DNA of 64,000 nt from Harriotta raleighana (lineage: Eukaryota), in contig JBNZDD010013726.1 of assembly GCA_050575255.1 (NCBI GenBank), forward strand, positions 8,498,302 through 8,562,301. The letters run 5' to 3'. Made by a program: the position numbers and the translations under genes. The notes under the pieces were generated by a model. That model saw nothing but the letters and a program-made list of their open reading frames with translations. It was not told the DNA's origin and did not search any database. Numbering within the stretch: the stretch's first letter is position 1; the number at the start of each line of letters is the position of its first letter. Below are positions 10,876-24,290 of this stretch, piece after piece.

Positions 10876-12829
10876 CTGAAATAAAAAGTAATTAGATTAA
10901 GTACATGGTTATTTTATTCAAAAGGGAGAGGCAATAGAAAGGGGAAACTGTATACCAACATTTGTACTAAGTCTTTTCTAGAAATATAAGTTTGAAAACC
11001 ATCATCCTTATAGCTTTTAGGAGACGGATGCTATTTCTTGTGTACGTCAAAGGAATACTTAAAATTTAATGGAGAGTAAACCCCCCCTTAGCTATGATAA
11101 GCACACATCACCAAACTTGGGCAGTCCATTGATGCTTGCCACGTGAAGTTGTTAAAAAGGATCTAATTTGCCAATTCAAGTGACCTAGTTAACTAAAGTG
11201 GAATTTGCAATTGTTTAACATATTTTCACGCACCTACCAGTTAGTTACGATGTCCTCTTGATGTGAAAGGCGTTCTATAATTGTAAGTTTATTATTGTTG
11301 CTACTGACCAAAATTTAGCTAAACATCATCTTATCTTGAAATATCATCTAATCTTGAAAGAAAGTACTTGCCTCAGTAATTTTTCGGGCTTCAAATATAT
11401 ATAAATACACACATATAAATCAATCCAAAAATATATAAATATAGGGTATGTACATGAACTACAGAATAAGCAGTTATTAATTACATGAAACAATTTATGA
11501 GGTCCAGAACTAGATTCAGCTCATTTTAAATCTGATCACTTGCCTAAAATCTGTTAGATTTTATTACAAAGTGAGATGTTACATTTTTCTGGCTCGTTAA
11601 TAGGTCACTGAACGTTGTTAGAACAGCCTTTCTCTATAAGAATTACCGTTCGGATAACATTTGGCCAAAAAATAACGCCTGAAATCTGATGGAACCTTTG
11701 CTAGGCTTCTCCCGAATTAAGCAAGGGATGTTTTGCGACTTATATATATATTTTTTAAATCAAGATGGCAAATACAGGACTGCAAACATTACAGTTGAAG
11801 TACAATGTGTTAAACAGATGCTACTTGCAAATGTCACAATAACACCATGGTGACCAAACCAACAATGAGGTCAAAGGTCTAAGAAGAAAAGGAGGTCAAT
11901 CAGGCAATTCATGGGGGTTGCAGTAGCAAAATTCAAGAAGCGCAAATATGACTTGAGTCATAGGCTGCGGAGCAGATCAGATCCCATAGAATGGTTCCCA
12001 GCAATGCATCTGTCATCGAAAATCCCTGTGTAGAGTGTAATTTAAACTGATAGGTGTTCTTTATTGTAAGACTGTGGAGAAAACAGCCGCTAAGTAACAT
12101 GGAAAAGCTGAATGGTAAAAGTGGGACTCTTAAAAGGTATCTCTGTGACACTGATTTCTATTTGCCAGAGGAGGTGTAAAATAAATACTCCTTTTACCAC
12201 TCGGAGCTTTCAGTGATATTCTCTGACTTTGCCTCGACACATTTGCAGTCATTTGCTAAGGACAAATAAAATGTTACATTGGAAACGAAAAGGCACAGGA
12301 ACTCAACTGGCCGCAACGTTAAGGACCCAGTGAATGTCTTTGTGGATACGAACGTCTTATATATATCTCAGCAGATTGCACGGCAACCCAGTACAACGAT
12401 AAAACACGAGCAGGTCACTGCAGCCTGCTGATTCATATCTCCCGAGTAGTATTCGGAAACGTTTATCAGAATGCAAACTTTTACAATGGGGTGTGCACAG
12501 TGGCGGGGAAGGAAAGAGGGGGTGGGGGGCAAGAGAGAAGGGAATTCAGTTTTAACCAATGCCACATTCCAACCTTCCAGAGTCAATATTACAAATAATG
12601 AATCGGTTCATGAAGCAATAATTAAATGGCTTATACATTTGCCTCACTTTATGAAGTCTTCGTTTAGCCCTGCTTTGTGCTTACGGATTGAGTAAATATT
12701 CATAATTACAGGTGGTTCTAGCTTCACTGATGATACAGTGGATAGGACTGCCCAGACTATGTAATGTGACAACATTTTTAACGTGACAGATTTTTGCCTC
12801 TTGATTAAATTTCCCTTGCATTTCATATA

Positions 12830-13035
12830 ACACCTAATCAAATCATCTTAAAATGCTTCATAGGATTTGTTTTAAATTATTAGGTGTAGCAACTGTGTAT
12901 TTGTGGGTACATTTACCAATTGTACCCAATTTGTACAGAGCAATATCTCATAAACAGCCATGAAAGTGAATGACCAATTTTATCAGGGGAATAGGTAGAC
13001 AGAACCTCAGTTTAACATCTATTCTAAAGGCTGGT
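12830..13035 (-). mobile_element. Degenerate SINE (Deu/tail portion)
   Basis: aaatgcttcatagga, caatttgtacagagcaatatctcataaacagc and cctcagtttaacatctattctaaagg are reverse Deu-SINE segments. Confidence 0.6.
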
Positions 13036-14689
13036 ATGATGTGATGCTAACAGGATTCACAGCAAATGAATTCAGAGATTAACTCTGAATTGTATTGCTG
13101 GACCTAAAAAAAAACACATTCACTAATAATTCATAGAAACTTTGTGAAACACTTTGATACATCCTTGATGTTACAGGTGATGATATAGAAGCTACATGAA
13201 ATGCAAGCGTTATAATTCTTCATATGTAATTTATGTTAATACAGTTTATCAGTACCCATCCTTAAAGCATATATAGAATTTCAAATATTTCCCAGCATCA
13301 AATCAATATTCTGATAGCTATAAGTTATTTCCAATGTAATGAAAAACAACAGGCTAATTGTAAAACAATTTGCATAATGACATTTTACAAATTACTACAA
13401 CGCAATTGATTGTACATAGAATTGTACTGTGTGATTTATGATTCATGTAATGCAGAAATGTACCCAAACCAAAGCTGTCACAAGAATACAAATCACTCCA
13501 TGCTGAGTTCTCTCAAACTATTTCTTTTCTAAGTCCTTGAAGGAGTCAAATTTTTTGGTACAAATAAAGAGGAATTGTTTTATTAAAGGTGAATTTGGCA
13601 CCCTCAAACAATTGAATGTTCCCATTTATTGGTTGTTTCCAACCAGTGATAATGATTATTGCGTAGTTCCAGGCCAGGACCTAAGACAGGTATAATCAAT
13701 CCAATTGATTTATTGCGCCTAATTTCTATAATTGAAACTACAATGTGATATCTTGATCCCAACTTTTTCTGATTTTTTTTTTAAAAAAGCTCATTATTTA
13801 AATGTAACCTCGTGTCAGAATCCCTTTTTTTTTAAACAGGATTTTTTTTTTTTAGCAGTGTATCCTTTCTATTCAGTCTGTTGCCACCATATCTCATCTC
13901 ACAAACGTTACTTCTTCTCAAACATTTCAAGACAAGTACTTTTTGACCTGGCTTTCTAGACCTGCAATATCTAGGAGGAATGCTAACTTGCCAAGGCAGG
14001 CTTCAGCCTAGTCTCGGTCTACTACTTAAACAGCAAACGGTGAAGAGACAACTGTATATCATTCCCTTCTCCCATCGATGCTGTCTAGACTTGGCAAACA
14101 CTTCGATGTGGGAAAGGAGCCATTCATTTAATCACTATAGCCTCAACTACAGTGTATTCTTCTGCTGTACACGTTAGCAATCTTAAACTTAATCAATGCC
14201 TAATGGCTTCATAAATAATATAACTAGGCTCTTAACAAATTATCATTTACTTTTATGAACTGTGGAAGACAAATACTTCATTAGCTAACATTTAGTGCCT
14301 GTCCTTAACATTTTCCTCCTGCCTCACCACCTTCACTCACAAAAAAGTAGGTAGACCACAAACTCACATTAGTTTAACATGCTTGAAAACATTTTTGAGC
14401 TCTTTTCAAGGGCAAAATAATCTGGAATGATTAGTCCTATTTTGTGCCAGGCAAATATTTTGATTGGGTTTCAGTGTGCAAAACCAATGACTCAGACTCA
14501 GTTCTTGTTAAATTCTGGTCCAGCACATCCTATAGAACCTGATATTTTAACAAATAAATCTCAATGTTGGGGCAATTTCACAGTTATGCTTCAGATGCTG
14601 CTTGATTTTAATTTTATGAAGGATGATATCAACACAAAGGTAAACTATCAAAATAAAGAGAACAAAATAAAGGCAAGAACTGCAGGAGA

Positions 14690-14900
14690 AAAGTGTTTTG
14701 TGATGGATGATGCGAATATGGGGGAACAAATGTACTGCACTATCACAGATGTTGAAACAAGAAAATACAAAGAGTTTCAAAAAGAATTAGTCAAGTGCTT
14801 GTTAACTAAAATGATTCAATGTTGTTATAGATTTAGAAATAAACACATCAGAGGAATATTGTGGGAAATTGGATTGGAAGTCTGCATGGAGTGAATGAAT
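14690..14900 (+). mobile_element. Degenerate CR1 reverse-transcriptase fragment
   Basis: ORF 14427..14894 ends KEFQKELVKCLLTKM...HIRGILWEIG, resembling DFQKAFDKVPHxRLxxK...GIRG...WI. Confidence 0.45.
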
Positions 14901-15829
14901 CCCTGTTTGGAATTTACTTTGTAACCTTGTATTAAAAGATGTAACTGTTTGCAGCAAATTATGATTCTATGAAATTGATTCACATTCTTTCTAACATGAG
15001 TTTGCCATCATAAGTTGCTTGAAAATGTCCAGTCAAGAGCATACCACTCCATCATTTCCATGTTATGCCTCTCTGGCTCCAGAACGACCACTAACATGGG
15101 AAAGCCAAATTCAGCACAAGTATGTGTAGTGTTCAGACCTGTCACACCTGACCTGATGGATGACTTCTTGAGCATAAGCAATATGAATTTACAGCTTGTA
15201 TTGCATTCTTTAAATCTAAACACAAGACATGATAATGTAACTTTCTCCATTTCAACCCTGATGTGCTATAAGGTTAAGGTTCGCTCAACTACAGTTTGGA
15301 ATGTAATAATTAAAGGGAAAAGGATTTGCGATCAGTTCACACAAGTGACTGACAATTAAAAATAAACTGAAACAATCAATCAATCAATATTGCACAGAAG
15401 GAGCCTCTGCGTCCAGAATAAGATTCCTGGTGTAATTTAATTAGTTAATGAATCTACGGGTGTGTAATACCAATGAGTTGCATATCTTGTATCAGCAATT
15501 TGGGAGGATTTCAGTCTGATGCCAATTGTAATGAGTTCAGGAACAAAACCTTTATAATTAACAGAAAGCCACGTAATTTCACAAGTGTTAAAATTCTATT
15601 GAACTTAGACTCACTTACCATGACTACAAGATTGAGACAGGACAATGCTTTGCGTTCAAACAAGATATGTTGGTTCGGGGTTACAAGTTCAAAGTCAATC
15701 CTGTTTGATGGACTAACTCTGACCACAAAATGGGATTTGTCATATCAAACTAGAACCCTATACTGTAGCAATGGACAATTAACCAAAGGCCCAAGAAGAA
15801 GAAAGAAGTACAAAAGGGTACGGGGGGGT

Positions 15830-15950
15830 AATAAATAATAATAATAATCCTTGTATTTCATTTAGCCCTGAACATGGCTTCGACTCATCTCACAAAGTGC
15901 TTCACAGGATATACTGTAAAGTGAATTGACTGTGTATTTTGTGGGACAAT
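15830..15950 (-). mobile_element. SINE 3' tail fragment
   Basis: (TAA)n, atccttgtatttc, gtgcttcacaggatatactgtaaagtgaattgactgtgtattttgtggg. Confidence 0.8.
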
Positions 15951-17298
15951 GTGAGTGGTTTGGAGTGAGTGAGGATTTCTGAGAGTTTGGATTTACAAAT
16001 AAAGGAGCTTACGAACACACCCAAAGATTTGTGCTGAACTGTATTATTCCCCCGAATCAGTAATTATGGCATGGTGGTTTGGTGTACTACATCACCAAGA
16101 AGGGTCCACTTGGTGGAATACAAGCTTTGAGCCCCTCACACCGAGTGTACAGCCATCAAGAGTGACAGAGCAAAAGATGAACAGTTCAAACATAGGGAGA
16201 TGGGAAACTGGAAGGGTTGTTCCTGGTTTTCTCTTAGCACTTCTCTTAACAACTGTAGTGATCAGCAAGGGGTCAAAACACATCACAGCAACTTTCATCT
16301 ATGTTTTGTTCCATTTGACTTCTCTGAGGCTCTCCAAAACGTCATCAGTTAAAAATAGAAACTATTCCTTTCTAGTTCAATGTTGAGCATCCACTCTGTG
16401 AATCTGAGCAAAACCTTATATTGCTTCCAGGTTTAAAAGAAAATAGATTGCAAACGCTTTTACTTCATGTATTTAAGAGGCTACTGTAACACTACTGTAA
16501 TCTTTGAAAATCTAAAAATAACATAGTCAAATGCTGTTTACCACAAACTTTAATAGAAAACAGTATATGACCATGTCACGCTAGGATCTCAGCTATTTAT
16601 ATCCCAGCATAAGAAAAATATCCTTCAACTTCATATTGAATAGCTTCGGAAATGATACTACAAAACCGATTACTTGATCCAGTAAGCTGTTTATTGCAAA
16701 AACAAGCAAAATAACTGTTGTGTTGTAAAGTGATCAATGGAAATATATGTATATATACTTTAGTGAGGTATTGCCATATTTCAGATTGACTGCGATTGTG
16801 GGCAAATCCTGGAAATGCTTGCACTGAAGCCTGTTTGGACATTGGGATACATCTAATCCTNCCTGTTTGGACATTGGGTTACAGCTAATCCTCATCTTTA
16901 TGTGCTGCAGATTGCCTTTTGGTTTTAATTGTAAATTCCTTTACGAAGGAGACAGTTAACAAGAGTTTTTGTTTTTAACCTGTGTTTAATATCCTGGTGA
17001 ATGTCATCCAGGGACATCCCAATAAAGCGATTCATTAAACTATGAAAGCAAAGTTTGCTTGTCGATTAATACCATCTGAAATCCTCAATAGGTTTAACAT
17101 TTAAAATTCATTTTGAATTACACGTTAGTTGTAATTTGAGGTACAGGTTGAATGTACAAATGTAAGTGTTTTTATCTCCTCATGTTTACATGGCATTTAT
17201 GTAGCCTGTTGAAAACTATAGGCCCACTCGCTTTCAAATACAACTCACTTTCAAATAAATGCATTCAGAGGAACAATGAATCCTTAGAGATGTCATAC

Positions 17299-17372
17299 CT
17301 GGGTGGAAATGATATTTCTTGTTCACTCAGCTTGTCTTTAAATACGGAAATCTCCCTGTCAAATTCTAAAAG
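17299..17372 (-). CDS. INPP5A: INPP5A-family coding exon (exon 12 equivalent), LLEFDREISVFKDKLSEQEISFPP(S)
   Basis: Acceptor tctttttcag|CTT and donor CAG|gtatga; 74 nt; aligns to human LLEFDKELSVFKDRLYELDISFPPS. Confidence 0.96.
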
Positions 17373-19589
17373 CTGAAAAAGAAATTAAAGTCAATCATTA
17401 TACAGAAAATGATTGTGCATTATTATGGCATTTCATTGATTTATTTATCAACATTTTAATGGGTAGTTTGACCTGATTTAACTTAACAAAATCTGCAAAG
17501 GTAAAAGTAAACGCTTAACTGACTGTAGCTGGAAAAAAAAATTCACAAGTTTTCTGATAATTTCTGAATGCGCGAGATTTTCAAATTAATAATTTTATTG
17601 AATATTCTAACAGAATCATCTCCTGAATGTCTAGAAGGTGCAATGACAGGAAAGTGAAGTGTGCAGTGACTAAGCAAGCACAACCTCATTTCAGTGCCTC
17701 CATTATGGTGGTACTTTGCTTAAACCCTTAATGCCACAACTAAAACCAGGCCTTGTATAGCTTTTATAATTTATGTCTCTCAGTGCATGAAGTAACCAGT
17801 GAAAAGGACTGTTCTTACCTTAAACTCAGGGAGAAACAGAACTATTTATATGTATGCATGCATGTGTGATTGTGTGTGTGTGGGGGGGGGGGAGGCGGGG
17901 GGTGGGGGAGGGTGTGGGGTTATCTTTGGAGCACTGCCTGGTCTGGAAACAAATGGGCATTCAAATTGTTTGTAGCAGCCATTATCTTTGCATCAATATG
18001 TGTTTTTAGCACAGGTTGTAGGCGAATGAGGGACTTATTCACCTACAAAATTCTTCAAATAATCTCTTTTGCTACTGACCATCACTCTTTGTAAGTACCA
18101 TTTCCTATTCTGACAAGTATGTCATCAAAATAACACCTTTTATGACTACAGCATGTTTACTTGGCTGCCCATTAATCATCTCTCATCTCACAGCTGTGCT
18201 GATATCATTGTATGGGTGGCAGAGGTTCTGATCTAAATTAGATTATGTCCCTCTATCCCATGCCACCTCATAAATCATTCCTGAAATGCAAAATTAGCAG
18301 CTACTTGTACACATTAATTATCTGTGTGAAACTAGTCACCTGAAGCACCTGCAAAGATGACCATCTCTTCCCACCTTTTCATTCCAAAGCAGGAAACACC
18401 CAAATTGCCTCGCTCAAACAGTCTCACTGTGTCTGCAAACATGGGAGGTTCATCCAATTCACAGTGTCACCTATTTTATGGTTCGATTTCAAATTTGCAA
18501 AAAGCGTCCAGCTTAAATTTCTTATTTCTAACTTGCCCTTCGATTCAAACATGATTTCACTTTGAATTAACTTGATAGGAAAATGAACAGAATCTCATTT
18601 ATGTCTGTTTGATGTACAAGTGGGCTTCACGACACAAATGACTTGTGTGACTAGTCATGAATCACTACTGACTTTGACCTTAAATACCTCCAATTTTCGT
18701 TAGCAAACCTAGGTATGAATGGAGTAATATACTGCTGGAGTTCATTCATATTACAGATATAGGCTCCTATAAACCTTTGTCATTACAGATCATACAGATC
18801 ACTGAAGATGGCATCAGAGTGCCTTTGAGGTCTGGAAAAGTCACTCATTCATCAGATCTTTTATTTAAAGAATTATGAATGAGTCATTGAATGTAGATAT
18901 AGTGGGATGCTGCATCATAGGTTTCTCTCAATGGGATGAAGCTAAAAATTATACTTAGGACAGAAAATAAACAACTCTCTAGACTATAAACAATCTTTTT
19001 TATAAAAAAAATCACATTTGCATTATAAAACAATCTCTGAATTAGTAAATATTCCCATTTTAGTAAATATTCCAATTTACGTAACCAACGCAAAAGTTCC
19101 TGTGGTCGTATGACAAGAATTCACAAAGTTCCCTACTATTTCTTGAATCGTTGATTTCTTTAACACACCAGAGTCAGTGAAAGTGCAACTATTACTCTTC
19201 AGGATCCAAAGCCCAAATCTGCAGTGAGCCAGATCAAGAGGTGATACCACTTGCATTTATCACACTCATTGGCAGCATTCACTGGAGATTTTTCAGATGC
19301 AAACGTTAAATGATGTTTGGAAGAAGAGAAAAAATGTAATCAGCATTTTGGAAATGGTCATAAATAACACCAATTCTTACACTGAATTAAAAACATTATG
19401 CCATTTGTGTTAAGTCAATGTAAAATGAATTTATAAAAGCCAGTGCTAATATTTGGGGTCTGTTATCATGTTTATAACCTATTCCAAAGCACAACCCACC
19501 CTCATTTGAATGCTGTTAGTTTTAAATGAACACTCGCTTGGTTCTCATAGGTGCTAGATTTTGGAACTCATGCTACATATTGAAAAGAA

Positions 19590-20015
19590 AGATCTTATTT
19601 TATTACATTGATATGTTGTTTCCCAAGTGTTTCACAGGTAATTGCTGTCAAGCGTCTTGACTGCTTAGTAAGCGAACATTATAGAGACATTTGTGCAAGC
19701 AAGTAAGGCCAATTCATTTTTAGGAATGTTGGCAAGGACATTGGGAGAGAACACCCATTTATTTTTGAATAGCCTTATTCAAGTGGATGTCAAAGTTCCT
19801 GTTTAATTCTAAAAAAGAAGAGAGTTTCTCCAAGAATCCTTGCCACCAATTAAAATTGTTCATTCGCTTGTTGGCTATTTGTGGAACATTGTAGTGCACA
19901 AATTGGGGCCATGTTGTCCCGCAAAATACACTCTCATTCTACAATATAACGTGAGAATACTTTGAGACACCTTCTTACTGCGTAAGCACTATTTCAAATG
20001 TAAGGATTATTATTA
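19590..20015. mobile_element. Two degenerate Deu-SINE fragments in opposite orientations (about 19590-19790 minus, 19790-20015 plus)
   Basis: The plus part has tttgtggaacattgtagtgcacaaattggggcc...aagcactatttcaaatgtaaggattattatt; the minus part has cccaagtgtttcacagg. Confidence 0.55.
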
Positions 20016-22564
20016 GCATATTAAAATGTACCTGGTATTATAATATTTAAATGCACATACATGTATTAACTTTAATATTAGAGATAGCATATGTACAATA
20101 CAATACTAATCAGCAATTTATGGGTTCATCCTCGTTAGAATGCAACTTCAGAGAATGTTATTTCAATAGATCTTGCTGAGAAAATTTAGAAGGTGATGCA
20201 TCGAGTGGTTAAGAAGCAAAAGCAACATGAATTCCAATTAATTGCAGATCATCTCCAGTAACAAAACATGTTCTATTTTGTGTATGGTGCACTTAATAAA
20301 GAATGTATCAAAAGTAATACAAGGCTAAGAATGTGCTTTAGTAGACTGTGTGTGGGAGAGACTAAGAGGACAGTGACAAAGCAGTTTACTGACAAGAAAG
20401 TTTGTCAGTGATTGTTCAGTTCAAATAGATTCCAGTGTTACTGGAGAGACATCACACAGATAAAACCCAAAAATCAATGGCACTTCAACATGCAGCAAGT
20501 CAGAGCTTAAATAAGCAGGCAACGAGAACAACTCTATCCAGCAGCAGGTCTGTGAAATTCCCAATTCTACATCTGTATGGCAAAGGAAAATTTAATCTTC
20601 CCAAATACTCATCAGTGCATTCCATCCTCTGACCTGACAGCTACACTTATAATTAATTATACAATTTAGATGGGAATATCGACTAAACAAACCTATAAAT
20701 CATAGAAAAAGTCAATAGGCATGGACACATTCAATCATGTCCAAACCAATGATTACTGCTCTCAAAATACAATAATTATTTTCAAGAGCTGACTTGAATT
20801 AAATTTCTGTCAACCTGGTACAAGACTAGTGGTTGATGAAGGATGCGATAGATTTTTTTTGGGGGGGTGGTGGGGGGAGAGGGAATTTTGTATAGGAACA
20901 TTCATCCTGAAGAAGGGCAGTTTGTTTTTAGTGATCACACCGCTCTGTGTATAACTAGACCATGAAGATTAGATTATCTCAAATGGCTCATTAAATCATT
21001 TATCTTTCTCATGAAGTTGATCTGGCGAAGTCGCACACCTTCTTGCATTGCAATGAATTTAAATGTAATGAATTCTACTGCAACACAGGGAATGTTAAAA
21101 CACAAAGCGTTGGGTTTACAGGCAGGAAACCAGGCAGCCTGCGGAATGCACTGACTGAAAGTCTTTAGAAAATATTTGACTTCAGGGGAGCAACGCCATC
21201 TTAAACAAACACAAAAACAGGATATTAGTCAATTTTTTTGTTTGCATCAGATCAGGCCAAATCATAAACTTATGCAGTACTCCCATTTGCACAACAACAT
21301 CAAACACTAAACATGTTGACAAAGGGCTCTTCAGGAAAGCTAGAGAATTAGTGCTATTTTGTGATGCAAATTATATCTCCAGCAGAGAAAATCATATACC
21401 CCACACCGACGAGAAGACCATACGGCAAGGTTACCCTAGATCAAACTAAGGTCCCGTAAGCCACTGTGACACACGTGGGGATCCCTGAAGTAGTTAGAGT
21501 TCATCACATAGGTTGTTTTCTCCAATGTCAATGTCTCAGAAATGATACTACTTTTCTGAGAAGGGCACTTTCAACTCCACCATATGATCAAGAAAACGCC
21601 ATTTATCCATCTAACTTTCTTATCCTAGGGTTGATTTGGATATAAAATATTTTGCAACTCTTATTAGGAAGAGTAAATTATGATTTACAAATATTTTGAA
21701 AACAGGATAGAATCTGAGCGTATTCATTTCAAGCATATAATCTATATCTTTTCAGCGTACTTACATACTAAGCAAAGAAACGCATCTGAATAATGGGGGG
21801 AGCACAAAACATGAAATACTCCTCACTGCAATTAAATGAAGTGAAAAAGTGAAAAGTGTAAAAAGTTGACATGGTACAATGTTGTGTTTAAAGATAATCG
21901 CTCCGTGAAACAATGCTTTATTGTTGGAATGTCTTAAATGCATCTTTCTCACTTATGGAATAATTGGCTGTTCTAAGCGTCCCTGATGTAATCATTGCAG
22001 AAAATTTCTTCCTATGCTGATTCATAGATAGAACAAGAGGAGACACTCGTGCACTTTAACCTCATTTATACAACAGTGCAATCTATGTTTACTCTCAATT
22101 TGGAAATGTTTCACATTATAACCTTTGGTGAAAATTCTCTAGACTTATTTACTCAGATATTTGTTCAGATAAAAACTCCCACCTCCTGATGCAGCTTTAA
22201 AGTCGGTTGGGATTCACTGTGATTAAATTCAGAGTGGTGTAAACAGTCAGCTTTGAATCCCTGCTCACTTGCTGCCCCTGAGGGAAACCTCAGGGCATGA
22301 GTTAGGGGCTGATGTTTGATATCATCTGGCATGTGAATTATGTCAGGGCAGAGGTGAGTGTAAGTGCTGAGATATCACTTCAGTTTGGATCAACTCTGAT
22401 TTGATATGAATGTGACCGCCCATGGTAAAAGAGTCTTTAGATCATTTGTCCATTCTCCATCCCACAGAAGCTTTGTACAGCAGTCTTCCTGTAAAGTCCC
22501 CAAAGGCACTTTTCTGGTACACGCTAGCTCTTCACTAATATAATGAGCGCTACTTAGATCTATA

Positions 22565-23890
22565 ATACAACAACAACAAAATTACACTTGTACAGCACCT
22601 TTCACATTGGGAGGATGAGTGAGGCAGAGGGATTGCGGGATGGAACATGGAGCAGGCCGGAGCCCTCTAAGCGGAGGGAGTGGACAGGTTGGTAGGGGGT
22701 TAGGAGGTCGCAGAGGTAAGGTAGGGCGAGGCTTTAAAGGTGAGGACAAGGATTTTGAATTGAATCCTCTGAGTGATGGAAAGCCAGTGTTGTTGGATGA
22801 GAATGGGGATAATACAGTCGCTGAGTTTGGTACGGGAGAGGACACAGGCTGCAGAGTTATGGTTGATCTGCAGCCTATGGAGGGAGGAATTGGGGAGGCT
22901 GACAAGCAGAGCAGGCTGACAAGCATGAGAGTTTCAGTGGCCTGAGGGGTGAGGTAGTGGCGGAGTCAGGCAATGTTGAGGAGGTGAGGGAAGGCAGAGT
23001 GGGTCATCGCATGGATGTGGGAGAGAAAAGACAGTTGAAGATTAAACAAGACACCTGGGTCTGGGGAGGTGGAGTGTGCATCCATGGAGGTTGATGCTGC
23101 CAGTGTCTCAGGTGTGGACGCATGAGCCAATCAGGAGGGCCTCAATCTTGCTGACATCCAATTCTAGAAAGTTGGCTCTCATTCAGGACTTGATGTCTGA
23201 CAGGCAGTCTGTCAGGGCAGCAGTGGTCCTGAAATCAAGGGTGGAGGCAGATAGCGTTGGAGGTCATCCGCATATATATGGAAATTGGACCCATATCTGC
23301 GGACGATATCACCAAGGGGGTGCCTATAGATGTTAAAAAGGAAAGGGCCAAGGATAGAGTCCTGGGGATGCCACACGTGACAATGCTGCGGTTGAAGAAG
23401 TCATTAGTGGTGACAAAGTGGAGATGGTGGGAGAGGTAAGATTCAAATCAGGCAAGGGCAAGTCCACGAAGAATGAGCAGAGAGGAGACGTCGACCAGTG
23501 TTGAAGGCCACAGAGCGGTCAAGGCTGACAAGGAGGCAGAAAGAGCCCTGATCGCAGATGTTTAGTATGTCATTAGAGACTTTGAGCAGGACTGTTTAGG
23601 TGCTGTGGGCACCTGGGATTGGTTCAAAGAGGGAATTGCGAGAAAGGTGTATGAAGCGGTTTGGGAGGTGAGGAGGGCAAGTGAGTCACAGATGGAGAGG
23701 GAGTTGTGGAAAAAAAAGGGAGCTAAAAGAGGGTAGATCAGTCTGTGAAGGCCAGAGAGGTGAAGGCCAGATGACTCCATGGCAACGGAAAGGGAGAAGG
23801 AGATGTTTTTCCAGGGGCGGTATGTGCTGATGGAGGCTCAAGTAGGGGGAAGGGATACGGAGGTGTTAAGGGTGATGGAGTGGTAGTCTG
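22565..23890 (-). mobile_element. L2-clade LINE, 5'-truncated, internally deleted and frameshifted, with RT remnants and a (TTG)n tail
   Basis: Minus-strand remnants AHST*TVLLKVSNDILNICDQGSFCLLVSLDRSVAFNT (about 23500-23610) and NFHIYADDLQ (about 23257-23286, YADD motif). The tail gtgaaaggtgctgtacaagtgtaattttgttgttgttg lies at 22565-22610. Confidence 0.9.
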
Positions 23891-24109
23891 AAAACCCAGA
23901 CTTTACAAATATGCTTTTTATATGACTCCCAATCGTTGGGGGAATAGTTTAGCCTTATGTCGCTGCGGAAGTTAAAAAAGAAAGGAATAGTAGAAAATGT
24001 AACTGATTTAAAAAGTTATTTGGGGCCAATTGTACTTATACATACGCTTTGGCCCATTTGATCTCATCATCCACAAATAATAGCCATACCTACTTTCAAT
24101 GACACTATC

Positions 24110-24290
24110 ACGTTTTATAAATATACAGCACGGAAACAGGCCACTCACCAAAACGGTTCCATTCCGATACTTATACTCAACATGAGTCTCCACCCAGCCC
24201 TCTTTACTCTCTCCAATACCTTTCCTCTTGAATGGATCTGCACTATCTGATTCAACGACCACTCCAGGCCGCGACTTCCACAAATGGAAA
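24110..24290 (-). mobile_element. CR1 LINE 3' end
   Basis: atatacagcacggaaacaggccactc...cctcttgaatggatctgcactatctgattcaacgaccactccaggccgcgacttccaca, typical of a reversed CR1 3' end. Confidence 0.65.

Noticed and set aside
16830-16892. Apparent tandem duplication cctgtttggacattggg around a single N
   Set aside because: A duplicate on both sides of a lone N is the signature of unmerged overlapping contig ends.
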